DNA of 64,000 nt from Mobula hypostoma (lineage: Eukaryota), in the NCBI RefSeq assembly GCF_963921235.1, contig NC_086097.1, forward strand, positions 143,904,001-143,968,000. Reading direction: 5' to 3'. The notes beneath the pieces are model-generated. The model was not told where the DNA came from. It did no database searches and saw only the letters and a list, made by a program, of their open reading frames with translations. The position numbers and the translations under genes are program-made. Positions 50,955 to 63,134 of this stretch are shown here, piece after piece; the first letter of the stretch is position 1, and each line of letters begins with the position of its first letter.

Positions 50955-51525
50955 GGAATTCTGCAGATGCTGGAAATTCAAGCAACATACATCAAAGTTG
51001 CTGGTGAACGCAGCAGGCTAGGCAGCATCTGTAGGAAGAGGTGCAGTCGACGTTTCAGGCCGAGACCCTTCGTCAGGACTAACTGAAGGAAGAGTGAGTA
51101 AGGGATTTGAAAGTTGGAGGGGGAGGGGGAGATGCAAAATGATAGGAGAAGACAGGAGGGGGAGGGATAGAGCCGAGAGCTGGACAGGTGATAGGCAAAA
51201 GGGGATACGAGAGGATCATGGGACAGGAGGCCCAGAGAAGGAAAAGGGGGAGGGGGGGGTAAAAACCCAGAGGATGGGCAAGGGGTATAGTCAGAGGGAC
51301 AGAGGGAGAAAAAGGAGAGAGAAAGAAAGAACGTGTGTATATAAATAAATAACGGATGGGGTACGAGTGGGAGGTGGGGCATGAGCGGAAGTTAGAGAAG
51401 TCGATGTTCATGCCATCAGGTTGGAGGCTACCCAGACGGAATATAAGATGATGTTCCTCCAACCTGAGTGTGGCTTCATCTTTACAGTAGAGGAGGCCGT
51501 GGATAGACATATCAGAATGGGAATA
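50955..51525 (-). mobile_element. Young Penelope 3' fragment/pLTR
   Basis: Near-identical to 37140-37710. Confidence 0.9.
51045..51080 (-). ncRNA. Minimal type I hammerhead ribozyme (intact core)
   Basis: Identical to the motif at 35007-35042. Confidence 0.8.
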
Positions 51526-52096
51526 AAATCTAAGATTGCCTGTCCCCTAGACGGCTTGAGCACAGGCTGCTCTAAAAAACCATCTCGTAGGCATTCAACA
51601 AATTCTCTCTCTTGCAATCCAACAGCAACCTGATTTTCCCAATCCTCTGCATATTGAAGTCCCCTATTACAATCGTGACATTACCCTTATAACATGCCTT
51701 CTCCAGCACCCTTTGCAACCTCAACCACATCTTGGTTACTATTTGGAGTCCTATATATGATTCCCATAAAGGTTTTTTCACCCTTGCAGTTTCTCAACTC
51801 CACCCACAAAGATTTGACATTCTCTGACCCTATCTCACCTCTTTCTAAAGATGTAATTCCATCTCTTATCAACAGAGCTACACCACCGCCTATGCCTTCC
51901 TGCCTGTCCTTTGATACAAAGTATATCCTTTGATGTTAAGCTCCCAACTATAGCCTTCTTTCAGCCATGACTCAGTGATGCCCACAATGTCATACTGACC
52001 AATCAGTAATTGCACCACGAGTTCATCCATCTTATTCCAAATGCTACACGCATTTAAATGCAGCGCCTTCAGTCTTGCATTCTTCACCATTTAGAA

Positions 52097-52628
52097 ACAT
52101 AGAAAATAGGTGCAGGAGTAGGCCATTCGGCCCTTCGAGCCTGCACCGCCATTCAGTATGATCATGGCTGATCATCCAACTCAGAACCCCACCCCAGCCT
52201 TCCCTCCATATCCCCGATCCCTTTAGCCACAAGGGCCATATCTAACTCCCTCTTAAATATAGCCAATGAACTGGCCTCAACTGTTTCCTGTGGCAGAGAA
52301 TTCCACAGATTCACCACTCTCTGTGTGAAGAAGTTTTTCCTAATCTTAGTCCTAAAAGGCTTCCCCTTTATCCTCAATCTGTGACCCCTCGTTCTGGACT
52401 TCCCCAACATCGGGAACAAGCTTCCTGCATCTAACCTGTCCAATCCCTTTAGGATTTTATACATTTCAATCAGATCCCCTCTCAATCTTCTAAATTCCAA
52501 CGAGTGTAAGCCTAGTTCATCCAGTCTTTCTTCATATGAAAGTCCTGCCATCCCAGGAATCAATCTGGTGAACCTTCTTTGTACTCCCTCTATGGCAAGA
52601 ATGTCTTTCCTCAGATTAGGGGACCAAA
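52097..52628 (-). mobile_element. Young 5'-truncated copy of the same CR1 family as 1-4273
   Basis: High identity to 1-470; 3' stem-loop GGTGCAGG..CCTGCACC; candidate TSD atttagaa (52089-52096, 52629-52636). Confidence 0.92.
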
Positions 52629-53175
52629 ATTTAGAATTTTGTCTTGTGATACAAATTAACTCTTTGCTCTGTTTACAGTAGTACCCAATCACTGATTTGT
52701 CCTTCCTTAGATTCATATTACATATTACATCATCTACTTGTAAACCTGCTGGCTCATCCTCAGCTCTATCATATTGGTTCCTGTGCCCCTGCCATATTAG
52801 TCTAAACCACTCCCAACAGCTCCAGCAAACCTACCCACAAGGATATTGGTCCGTCTCAGATTTATGCAACCCCTCCATTTTGGACAGATAACATCTGCCC
52901 CAGAAGAGGTCCCAATGATCCAGAAATCTGAATCCCTGCCCCCTGCTCCAATTCTTCAGCCACGCATTTATCCGCCACCTCATTCTATTCCTAACCTCTC
53001 TGTCACATGGTACAGGCAGCAATCCGGAGATTACTACCCTTGAGGTCCTGCTTCTCAGCTTCCTTCCTAACTCCCTGTATTCTATTTTCAGGAGCTCCTC
53101 CCCTTTTCTTCCTATGTCGTTGGTACCAATATGTACCACAACCTCTGGCTACTCACCCTCCCTTTTCAGGATATT

Positions 53176-53985
53176 CATGCACAACAGTCTCTAGAGTTTA
53201 CAGTAAATGGTGTGATAGGCAAAAAAAATCCAGTGAGTGAAATGAGAGGATTTAGAGGAGAATAACCAGACTGATTGAAGATGACAGAATCAGATTTATT
53301 ATCACCGGCATGTGACATGAAATTTGTTAGTTTAGCAGCAGCAGTTCAATGCAATACAAAATCTAGCAGAGAGAGAAAAAAAAAATAAAATAAAACATAA
53401 TAATAAACAAGTAATTCAATTACATACATTGAATAGATTTTAAAAATGCACAAAAATAGAAATACTGTATATTATAAAAGTGAGGTAGTGTTCAAAGCTT
53501 TAATGTCCATTTAGGAATCGGATGGCAGAGGGGAAGGAGCTGTTCCTGAATCGCTGAGTGTGTGCCTTCAGGCTTCTGTATCTCCTACCTGATGGTAACA
53601 GTGAGAAAAGGGCATGCCCTGGGTGCTGGAGGTCCTTAATAATGGACGTTGCCTTTCTGAGACACTGCTCCCGAAAGATGTCCTGGGTGCTTTGTAGGCT
53701 AGTGCCCAAGATGGAGCTGACTAGATTTACAAACTTCTGCAGCTTCTTTTGATCCTGTGCAGTAGCCCCTCCATACCAGACAGTGATGCGGCCTGTCAGA
53801 ATGCTCTCCACAGTACAACTATAGAAGTTTTTGAGTGTATTGAAGACCAAGATAACGCAAATAACCATGCATTACAACAGTGGTGTGCAGAAGAGCAGCT
53901 TTGAATGCACACCACATTGAACCTTGAAGTGGTAGGTTACAGCAGCAGAAAATCATGAACATAAAGTGGCTACTTTATTCAGTAC
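53176..53985 (+). mobile_element. Tc1-family remnant interrupted by a Rex/Babar fragment (53287-53842, minus strand)
   Basis: TTVSRVYSKW remnant and AAAGTGGC repeat; insert encodes NFYSCTVESILTG..LPSGRRYRSL. Confidence 0.75.
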
Positions 53986-54736
53986 AGGAGTCAAGCAATA
54001 ACTTGAATTGTTGGTATTTGAACTCATAGCTTGTTTACAGAGCTTTGTGTATTTTGTCACAGGCTATCTGAAATGCCTTTTCTCTTTATAGTCTCACAGT
54101 CTAATACATCAAATTAATTAAATTAATTGAGAAAATGTTGTCTGCTGTACTCAGCCTCATCCCTGACTCGTGTGTGCTTTCCTAAATGGTCAATGTTATT
54201 GAAAAGGTAGAATAAGAAAACAGCGTAAACCACTCAAATCCATGCCATCATTGTTAAAACAGCTTAGGTGAAAATTAGGGCTTAACTTGTACAAAGCAGG
54301 CAGGTCTTATCTCTAAAAATAACCCCAGGGACAGGTGTTTGAGTGCATGGGCCAAGCACCTTTCAAATCCACTCCACTAAGTACAATAAGTACATGGATA
54401 CACCACTACTTCAAACTACACTCTGTCACATCTCAACCTGAACCACAGAACTCAGCACGTCAAGTAGCATCTGTGGAGTAATAGATGGTTAATGTTTCGG
54501 GTTGAAACCCTGTATCACCAGTTCAGACACGTCAAATGTCAGTCATTGATACTAGACCAGAATCCTGGAAGTATCGTGGCAGCATTCTAACAGCAAGACT
54601 CATTTCTGTAACTCAGAAAGAGATGAACTTTGGACAGCAATTGAAAGCTTTAGCTACATAACCATGTCTCTAGAATAGGATTTGAACAAATAAACTTCTG
54701 ACTCTGAGGGAAATGTGTTATTACTAGAGATATATA

Positions 54737-56171
54737 CATTGTCTAAAATAAGTATTCTCCCCCTTCAAGTCAGTATTTAGTAGATGCACCTTTGGCAGAA
54801 ATTACAGCCTTGAATCTGTGTGGATAGGCCTCTATCAGCTTTGCACATCTGGACACTGCAATTTTTCCCAATTTTTCTTGACAGAACCACTCAAACTTTC
54901 TTAGATTGCATGGGGATCATGAGGGAACAGCCCTTTTCAAGTCCAGCCACACATTTTCAATTGGATTGAGGTATGGACTCTGATTTGACCACTCCAGGAC
55001 ATTAATTTTGTTGTATTAAGCCATTCCAGTGTAACTTTGGCTTTATGCTTGGGGTCATTGTCTTGCTGGAAAACAAATCTTTTCCCAAATTTCAGTTCTC
55101 TTGCAGACTGAATCAGGTTTTCCTCCAGGATCTCCCTGTATTTTGCTGCGTTCATTTTACCCTCTACCTTCACAAGCTTCCAGGGCCTGTTGCAGTGAAG
55201 CATCCTCACAGAATGATGCAGCCACCACCATGCTTCATGGTAGGATAGTCTGTTTTTGATGATGTGACGTGTTTGGCTTATGTCAAACATTGTGTTTAGT
55301 CTGATGGCCAAAAAGCTCAATTTTGGTTTCATCAGACCATTGAACCTTCTTCCAGCTCACTTCAGAGTCTCCCACATGCCTTCTGTCAAATGCTAGCCAA
55401 TATTTCACATGAGATTTTTTTCCACCCAACAGTGGCTTTCTCTTTGCCACTCTCCCATAAAGCTGTGACTGGTGAAGCACTCAGCCAACAGTTGTTGTAT
55501 GTGCAGTCTCTCCCATCTCAGCCACTGAAGCTTGTAACTCCTCCAGAGTTGTCATAGGTCTCTTGCTGGCCTCTCTCACTAGTCCCCTTCTTGCACAGTT
55601 ACTCAGTTTTTGAGGACGACCTGCTCTAGGCAGATTTACAGCTGTGCCATATTCATTTTCTATCTTGATGATTCACTTAACTGTACTCCAAAGGGATATT
55701 CAGTGCCGGAAATTTTCTTGTATCTATCTCCTGACTTATGCTTCTCAATAACCTTTTTGCAGAGTTGCTTGGAGTGTTCTTTTGACTTCATGGTGTAGTT
55801 TTTGCCAGGATACTGACTCACCAGCAGTTGGACCATCCAGATACGGGTGTATTTTTACTATAATTAATTGAAACACCTTGACTGCACACAGGCGATTTCT
55901 ATTTAACTAATTGCGCAACTTCTAAAACCAATTGGCTGCAGCAGCGATGACTTGATGTGTCATATTAAAGGGAATGAATACTTAATGGAATCAATTATTT
56001 TGTTTTATATTTGTAATTATTTTAGATCAATTTGTTTTCACTTTGACACAATAAAGTTTTTTTCTGTTGATCAATGTGAAAAAAGCCAAATTAAATCTAC
56101 TGTGATTCAATGCTGTAAAACAATAAAACATAAAAACTTCCAAGGGGGATGAATACTTTTTATAAGCACTG
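54737..56171 (-). mobile_element. Tc1-family DNA transposon with decayed transposase
   Basis: GRVAKRKPLL, WSDETKIELFG, FQQDNDPKH; inverted ends AGTATTCTCCCCCTT / AAGGGGGATGAATACT; TA flanks. Confidence 0.92.
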
Positions 56172-56904
56172 TATTTTTGTCCCTACTTCCACATAATGAC
56201 ATAGATTAATAGTCAATGCATCACAAATGACAGTGAAGGAATTCTGCTAATAATGCATTTAAAATGGGCCAGCACAGATGCCCCTAATTAAATGCCCAAC
56301 AAGAACATGATATCTGTGGAACACAGACAAAATCCTGGAGGAACTCAGTAGGTCAGGCAGCATCTATGGAGAGGAATCAATAATTGACATTTCAGGTTGA
56401 GACCTTTCATCAGGACTTAAAGGAGGGAGGCAGAGGCCAGAATAAGAAGATAAGGGATGGGGAAGGAGTCCAAGTGATATTGAGAAGACCATACCAGAAT
56501 CACCATGTTTTGTGTGTGTTCCTCAAGATTTCCTGCATCAGCAAACTCTCTTGTGCTTATGATTATCTGTGTGGATCACTCTGCCATTAGGAGAAGCGCC
56601 TAATAGTGTTAACCCAAGGGGCAATCCTTGCATAAGACCTCCCCCGAGTAAGGGACTTCATTAAGAGTTAGAAGTACAGCTGCAGGCTTCCCTACATTAG
56701 AGAAACTTTCCTTGTGGGTGGTTGCAAATTGCAAATTAATGTTTTTATTAGAATATAATAAAATGATACCAAATATTTTTATAAACTTAATTTCAGAATA
56801 TCAAAATCACTAGCAAAGCAATGTCTACTGCCTTTACCTAATCTCCCGAAAAAGTAATAGACTGATAAGCTGCACTGATCTGATGTAATTGAGATCAACA
56901 TTCA

Positions 56905-57365
56905 AAATTCTAAGTAAATTTATTTTCAAAGTAGATACATGTCACCATATACTATCCTGAGATTCATTTTCCATGAGCATTCACAGTAAATATGAAGAAA
57001 CACCACAGAATCAATGAAATCTGAGCACAAAACGGACAAACAACCAATGTACAAAAGACAAAAAACTTCAAATACTAAAAGAAAAAAACAAACAAAATAA
57101 TAACAATAAATAAATAAAAAATAGACATCGAGAACCTGAGATGAAGAGTCCTTGAAAGTGAGAACAGTTCAGTTTTGGGGTGAGGCAAGTTATCCCCTTT
57201 GGTTCAAGAGCCTGATGGCTGAGGGGTAATAACTGTTCTTGAACGTGGTGGTGTGGATCCTGAGGGCCCCGTACCTCTTTCCTGATAGCAGCAGTGAGAA
57301 GAGTGTGAGGTCTTGGTGGTGGGGCTCCTTGATGATGGATGCTGCATTCCTGTGATGGCACTCCT
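56905..57365 (-). mobile_element. Rex/Babar-like 3' fragment
   Basis: Homologous to 5228-5680 and 63135-63600. Confidence 0.75.
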
Positions 57366-58164
57366 TCTGTTGTCAGTTAAAAAGCAGTTAATGTTCGACT
57401 ATATTTTTGTAAGACAGGAGTCACATTTCTTTCTTCTCCACACCTTTCTTGCTCTATAATACAAATTCTTCCTGTGGTGCCATACCTTGTAAAGTGCTTT
57501 AAATTTCTGCCAATAATTTCTACAAAAACCTAACAATGCAATCATCACATTTATTGATAATAACTTCTTGTTCCTCAACCTTGAAATCTGAATATATATT
57601 CTGAAATACCTTACTATGTCCCTTTGATATTCCAAAGTATTTTTCAGAAGTTTAAATAATATCGCAAATGATGGGTGAATTTATACCTGAAGCTGTTTAT
57701 CACCGTATCATTAACAAATGGAATAAATATAAACATTAATTATACTAGAAGCCAGCTTCCAAGTCATGGGTTATGATGTGCATAGCTGCTTATATGATGG
57801 TTCAAATTACAATAAATGAAATGTTATGGATTCCAGGTGTTTTTATTTAAAATTAAGATAGTCTTACAAATGCTAAAGCTCCTTCCATTGTAGGGGAGTA
57901 GATACATGACAAGTGTGCACTCCAGTTCTGACAATTTTTCGTACCACTGGACCAAGATTTCTGAGGTCTAGAGAGTGGCACTGCCAAGTGCAACGGCCTT
58001 TTCACTATAAAACCCCTCCTGCACAGGTCTTTCTCCGTGCAACTCTTCACACAGTTGATGAGCTACACAGACAAACGTCATCATCGGAAACAACGGACAA
58101 CCAACCCACACTCAGCTAACTGACTGATTACTGGTTTGACTTGCAGGAATAAATTGAGATAAAA

Positions 58165-58680
58165 AAGAACGAGGTGTCGAGAAGAGGACGACCAGGATGT
58201 TTCCTGGATTTGAAGACAAGTGCTATAAGGTGAAGATGGACAGACTTGGGTTTTTTCTCCGGAGCAGTGGAAGCTGAGAAAAGACTTATTAGAAGCACAT
58301 AAAATTATGACAAGCCTCAGCAGAACAGACAGCTGGTATCCTTTTCCCAGGGTGGAAATGTTTAATCCTAGAGGACATGCATTTAAGTTGAGGGTGGAAA
58401 GCTCAAAGGAGTTGAGTGGGAAAATTTTATTTTTGCACAGAGAGTGTGAGGTGACGATGCTGGAATGTGCTTCCGGGGTGGTAGAGGAAGCAGGTGCGAA
58501 AGAGGCTTTTGAAAGGCTCTTGGGTAAGCATATGAATATGCAGAGAATGGGGGTGGGGGTGGGGAGATGTGGGTCATATACGCACAGAAGGGAATAGGTA
58601 TCATTAGCTTCATTAGGTTGGCACAACGTTGTGCACCCACAGACCTGTTCCTGTTCTGCACTGTTATGTGTTCGATGTTC
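58165..58680 (+). mobile_element. CR1 3' fragment
   Basis: FPRVEMFNPRGHAFK; 3'UTR and tail. Confidence 0.75.
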
Positions 58681-59299
58681 TCTAAAAGATCTGGAGGGGA
58701 TTATAGGCAACAATAGGCAAGAAGTCAAAAGAGAGAGGATGCAGACAAATTATGGAGAATAAAAAGAAAATGATGAGCTGAAAAGAAAGGTAGAGGAGAT
58801 CAGCTTGTAGAGGACAGCATCAGGATGCTGCTTCCTCAGAGCACCATCAACCTGGCTCAGTTGAGACTTCCAGTGCTCTTTGTATGGGGTTTGCATGCTT
58901 CCTTTCAGATTACATTGGTTTCTCACTGGTCCTTCATTTACTTGCATAGTCCTAAGGCATTTAGTCATAGAGTAACTCAACAAGGAAGCCAGCTCTTCGG
59001 CCCAACTTAACATGCTGACCAAGATGACCATCTAAGCTAGTCCCATTTGCCCTCACATATCCTATATTCCTCTGAACCATCCTTAACCACATACGTGTCC
59101 AAGTGCCTTTGAAAATGCTGATTGGTAGGCTAATTGTCTCCTATAATCAATGTAGACGCTAGGAGAATTTGGGCGGAGTTCAAGGGTAGGTGAAAAAGAA
59201 TGCGTAACAGGGAAATAACTGGGAGAATGTGATTGACAGATAGATGTGCGAGCAGCATAGATTTGACGGAGTGAATGGCATTCTTCCATGTTGTAAGAG

Positions 59300-59640
59300 A
59301 ATTTAAGAGAAAGCAAAGATTTCAGGAGACGGTGAAAAGGGAAGAGTGGAGCAAGAATTAAAACACCAAAACAACAAAGGTGGGGGAGTGGTCAGAGTGA
59401 GAAGGGACAAATAAATAAGCAGAGAAAAGAGAAGGAAAGAGAGAAAAGTGGAAAGGAAGATTGTGGAAGGAAATAGAAAATCAAGAGGGAAGGCAGAGAG
59501 GAAACCAAACTGAAGAAAGGGAATGAAGAGTATTGGTGGTATAAGCAAAAAATGAAAAAATACATGAGAGAAAGAAGGAAAAGAGAATCTGAGGGCAGGA
59601 AAGCAAAGAGGGAGGAAAAGAGAAAATAGGAGGAAAATTA
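59300..59640 (+). repeat. Purine-rich (GA) low-complexity tract
   Basis: Base composition. Confidence 0.7.
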
Positions 59641-60949
59641 CTGTAATGGAGCACCTCATCACTTATTCACATGATGATGAGTTTTGCCACAGCAGTTTCC
59701 CACATTACAAATGAGACAAATGGCTAGTCAGTGTGTTTATGTTGATGTGGTGAGGAGATAATAGCCACAGTAAAAGGTGCTGTCAGAACTTTTAATCCTT
59801 GTAGCTGGGGCAATCATCCAACGAGAGATGTCTCCTCCTATACAGTATTTCAATGAAATGGACAGGAAGAGGACCAGCAACAGGGGAAGGGCAGAAAGAT
59901 TTCGCAGAGAAATGATGACACAAAAAAGAAACTAGTGAGGACAAATAAAGTGAAAGACAAGAAATGCAATTGTAACTCTTCCTGCGTTTTGCTGTTCTTC
60001 TGGAAATACGTTGAATAACGATGACATCATTTACAATTAAATAATGCACACTGTTGGTTTCAGTTACTCAAAATATTTATGACTAGTGCCATAGTGTAGA
60101 GCTATAATTAGATAAGAGCTGATGCAGGAACAGAGCAGAGTCATGCATCATCCCAGCTTCACTTCACTTCGCTTCCCTTCTCTCCTCCTCACCAAGCCTA
60201 CTCTTCTCATCCAGTTCCCCTCCCACCACACTGGAGCCAGTCAACAACAACTAATTATCACTTGCTGGAGACACTGGGTGTGTGAATTTTTTTCTGTCTT
60301 CATCTCACAGCAGCATATCACATTTCTCTGGTAATATTTGGTTCTCAGACCTCCACCTGCCATTCCTGACATTCTTTGCCTGAGTTCTTGAGGAAGGATT
60401 GTGGACTGAATACAAATGGTGTTGTCCCTTTACACACTTACTTCGCCTGGCTTCACTATGAAGCCACTATTACTTTAATATAATCACCAACCACCTTGCA
60501 GAACAATGGCACAGGATTCATCTGAACAGGCTGCTGCACAGATAAAAATGACTTTAACATAGCATTCAGCAAGTTGGATCATATTTCTGGGAGGGTCAAC
60601 ACCAGTCATTAATGTAGGATGACTTTTTACACAAGATTGTTTTGTACTTTGGTGCGTCTCTGGTGTCTAAGTGAGGTCAGCAGTTCTATAGCGCTAGAAA
60701 TTCATCTCAATTCAGTTTACTAACAATTGGCATTGGTATTGGTTTATTATTGTCATGTACCGAGATACAGTGAAAAGCTTGTCTTAAATCCTATTTATAC
60801 AGATAAAATCATGACACAGACTGCACAACAGTAACAATGCAGATTAAAGAGTAAAATCTACCAAAAGAGCACGGTACAGGTAAACGATAAAGTGCAAGAG
60901 TGAAGTAGATCGTGAAGCCAAGAATCCATCTGGTGGGCTGCAATCAGCC

Positions 60950-63130
60950 AGAGAGGTCGTTTGTTGGTGACACAGCACCAAGGTTAAAAGGAGCTCCGGC
61001 GCTTTCGGCTCTTTTTGGCAGGCTGCAATCAGCACGCGGCCAATAAAAAGAAGGGAGGAGTAAGTGGAACCATCAAGGTTGGAGTCGGCAAGAGTTAGAG
61101 TGGTCTGGCTTTGGCTCAGCAGGCTTAGGCGAGAACAAGTTTGGGCAAAAGCACAGGCGGAGGTTTGAAGCAAGTAAGTAGTTTCTATTAAGTTTTTGTT
61201 GTTAGTATATAACTAGTGTACGGAGAATGAGCCCAGAGTTAGTGATTTGTTCCGTGTGTGAGATGTAGGAAATCTGGGAGACCTTCAGTCTCCTTGATAA
61301 CTACATCTGCATGAAATGCACTGAGCTGCAGCTCCTTAGAGACTGTGTTAAGGAACTGGAGATGCAGCTCAATGACCTTGAGTTCTTATGGAAAAGTAAG
61401 GTGGCGATAGTTAGGAACTACAGGAAGGCAGTTCCCCTAAGTTGCAGGAGGCAGTACCTGGGTGACTGTTAGGAGCAGGAAAGAGTTTAAGCAACCAGCG
61501 CAGAGTGCCATTCCCCTCTATAATAAATGTATTGCTTTGGATAATGTGGGAGACGACCTACCACAGGAAAGCCACAGCGACCATGTCTCCAGCACTGGGT
61601 CTGGCTCTGTGGCTCAGAAAGGAAGGTGGAAAGTGGGAAAGGGGAGTGCTGTGGTGATAGGGGGTCCTATGATGCTGAGATACATCCTAGGATGTGCTGG
61701 GACACATCATTAGTGACGTAACTTGGGGCCATCGTGCGTTTCGGGCCTTCAACATCAGATACTCTCGCCCAGGCGAGTCAACCAGGGTTGATCAGGCCCT
61801 GGCTTGTGTCCAACCAGCTTTGGTCTAAGGGTCACACCTCTTGATCCATAGCCACCTGGAGGCTCACTCAACAACCCCTGTGACAGTCCACTTGGCTCTT
61901 TTCATTGCAGCCTTTATTATGCCAAGGAGAGAGTAGGTTCTGCGGAGCGAGCAGTCAGGAAAACCTCAACACCCCACCTCTATAGTCTCACATCGTGCCA
62001 TCCTCCCCTGTCTCTGACACTGCCTTGCCAGCTCCTAGCACTTGGCTTTCTTACACTCAAGCACCTCCTCAATCTGGTCTTCCCAAAGTACTGGCAGTCC
62101 TACCGTGACCACCTGCTTTGAGGTTTCTGATAGATTGACGATGTCAGGCCCCAGTGGTGATGATGTAATAAAGTCAGGGAACTCTAACTGCTTGCCAAGA
62201 TTGACTTTCAGTTGCCAGTCAGATGTTGTGGCGAGAAAGCCTGCTGATGATCTGAGCTGAGGCTGGGGTTGACAAAGGCTATGGGCTCTCTGTGTTGGTG
62301 GAGCTGCTTACAGTTGTTAATGGCCAAGGAGGCATTCTCTGCTACTACTTTCATCATCTGGTTATGAGGCCAGCGGTAGCGTTCTTCTCCCAAGGCTTTT
62401 GAGGATGTGTTCCAGGGTCTGTCTGCCAGAACAGAGAGGACATGATGGCACCTCACACTTGCGCCAAGTAAAAAGGTTCGCTGGGCTAGGCAGGACATCA
62501 GGGACAACAAACACAGCCTGGATCATGAACTCAATGCACTAAGGTTCTGCCTGCTAGATGTTGGACCAGATTTTTCCCTTTAGCGCACCTTTGCACCTTG
62601 TGCAAGCTCCCAGCTGCCCTATTCCTTTAACTAGAAGAGTAGAAAGCAGGTTCTACAAACGTGAAAGAGACACCCGGATGGTATGTTGCCTCTCAGGTCG
62701 AGGGTCAGGGATGTCTCGGATGGGGTCCATGGCATTCGAGAGGGGAAGGGTGAGCAGCCAGAAGACATGGCACAGATTGGTACCAATGACTTCAGTAGGT
62801 AAAGGGAGGAGGTCCTGAAGAGAGAGGGAGTTTGGCAGAAAGGTGAAGAGTAGGACCTCAGGGGTAGTGATCTCTGGATTGCTGACTGTGCCATGTGCCA
62901 TTGAGGGTAAGGATATGATGAACGGGTGACTGAAGTACTGGTGTGGCAGCAGGGTTTCAATGTCGACGTCATTGGGACAGGTTACACCTGAACCCGAGGG
63001 GGACCAATATCCTTGTGGATGGGTTTCCCAGAGCTGTGGGGAAGGGCTTAAACTAATTTGGCAAGGGGTTGGGAACCTGGGTGATAGGGTTAAGGACGGG
63101 GCAGTAGCTATACTGTACAACTAGATGCAG
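60950..63130 (+). mobile_element. 5' part of a decayed CR1 (5'UTR, ORF1, ORF1/ORF2 junction) interrupted at ~61670-62620
   Basis: MSPELVICSVC, YICMKC..QLLRD, AVVIG, MVCCL, IGTND, GLN*. Confidence 0.88.
61672..62560 (-). mobile_element. Hero-like (R2 group, restriction-like endonuclease) non-LTR fragment
   Basis: KALGEERYRWPHNQ, then DWQLKVNLG..FP..GPDIV..LPVLWED..KKAK..IEVG (degenerate PD-(D/E)xK RLE). Confidence 0.8.
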
Positions 63131-63134
63131 TGTG

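Larger units (their letters stand above)
49875..53175 (-). mobile_element. Older CR1 (ORF1 end + ORF2) with deletions and nested inserts
   Basis: HIGTNDIG, HLNACSI..GITESW, IYRTP, IGDFN, RT remnants. Confidence 0.9.

Noticed and set aside
52162..52716. 184-aa ORF
   Set aside because: Read-through from an older CR1 into a nested young CR1 3' fragment
59303..59662. Hydrophobic 119-aa ORF resembling a membrane protein
   Set aside because: Artefact of the purine-rich low-complexity tract
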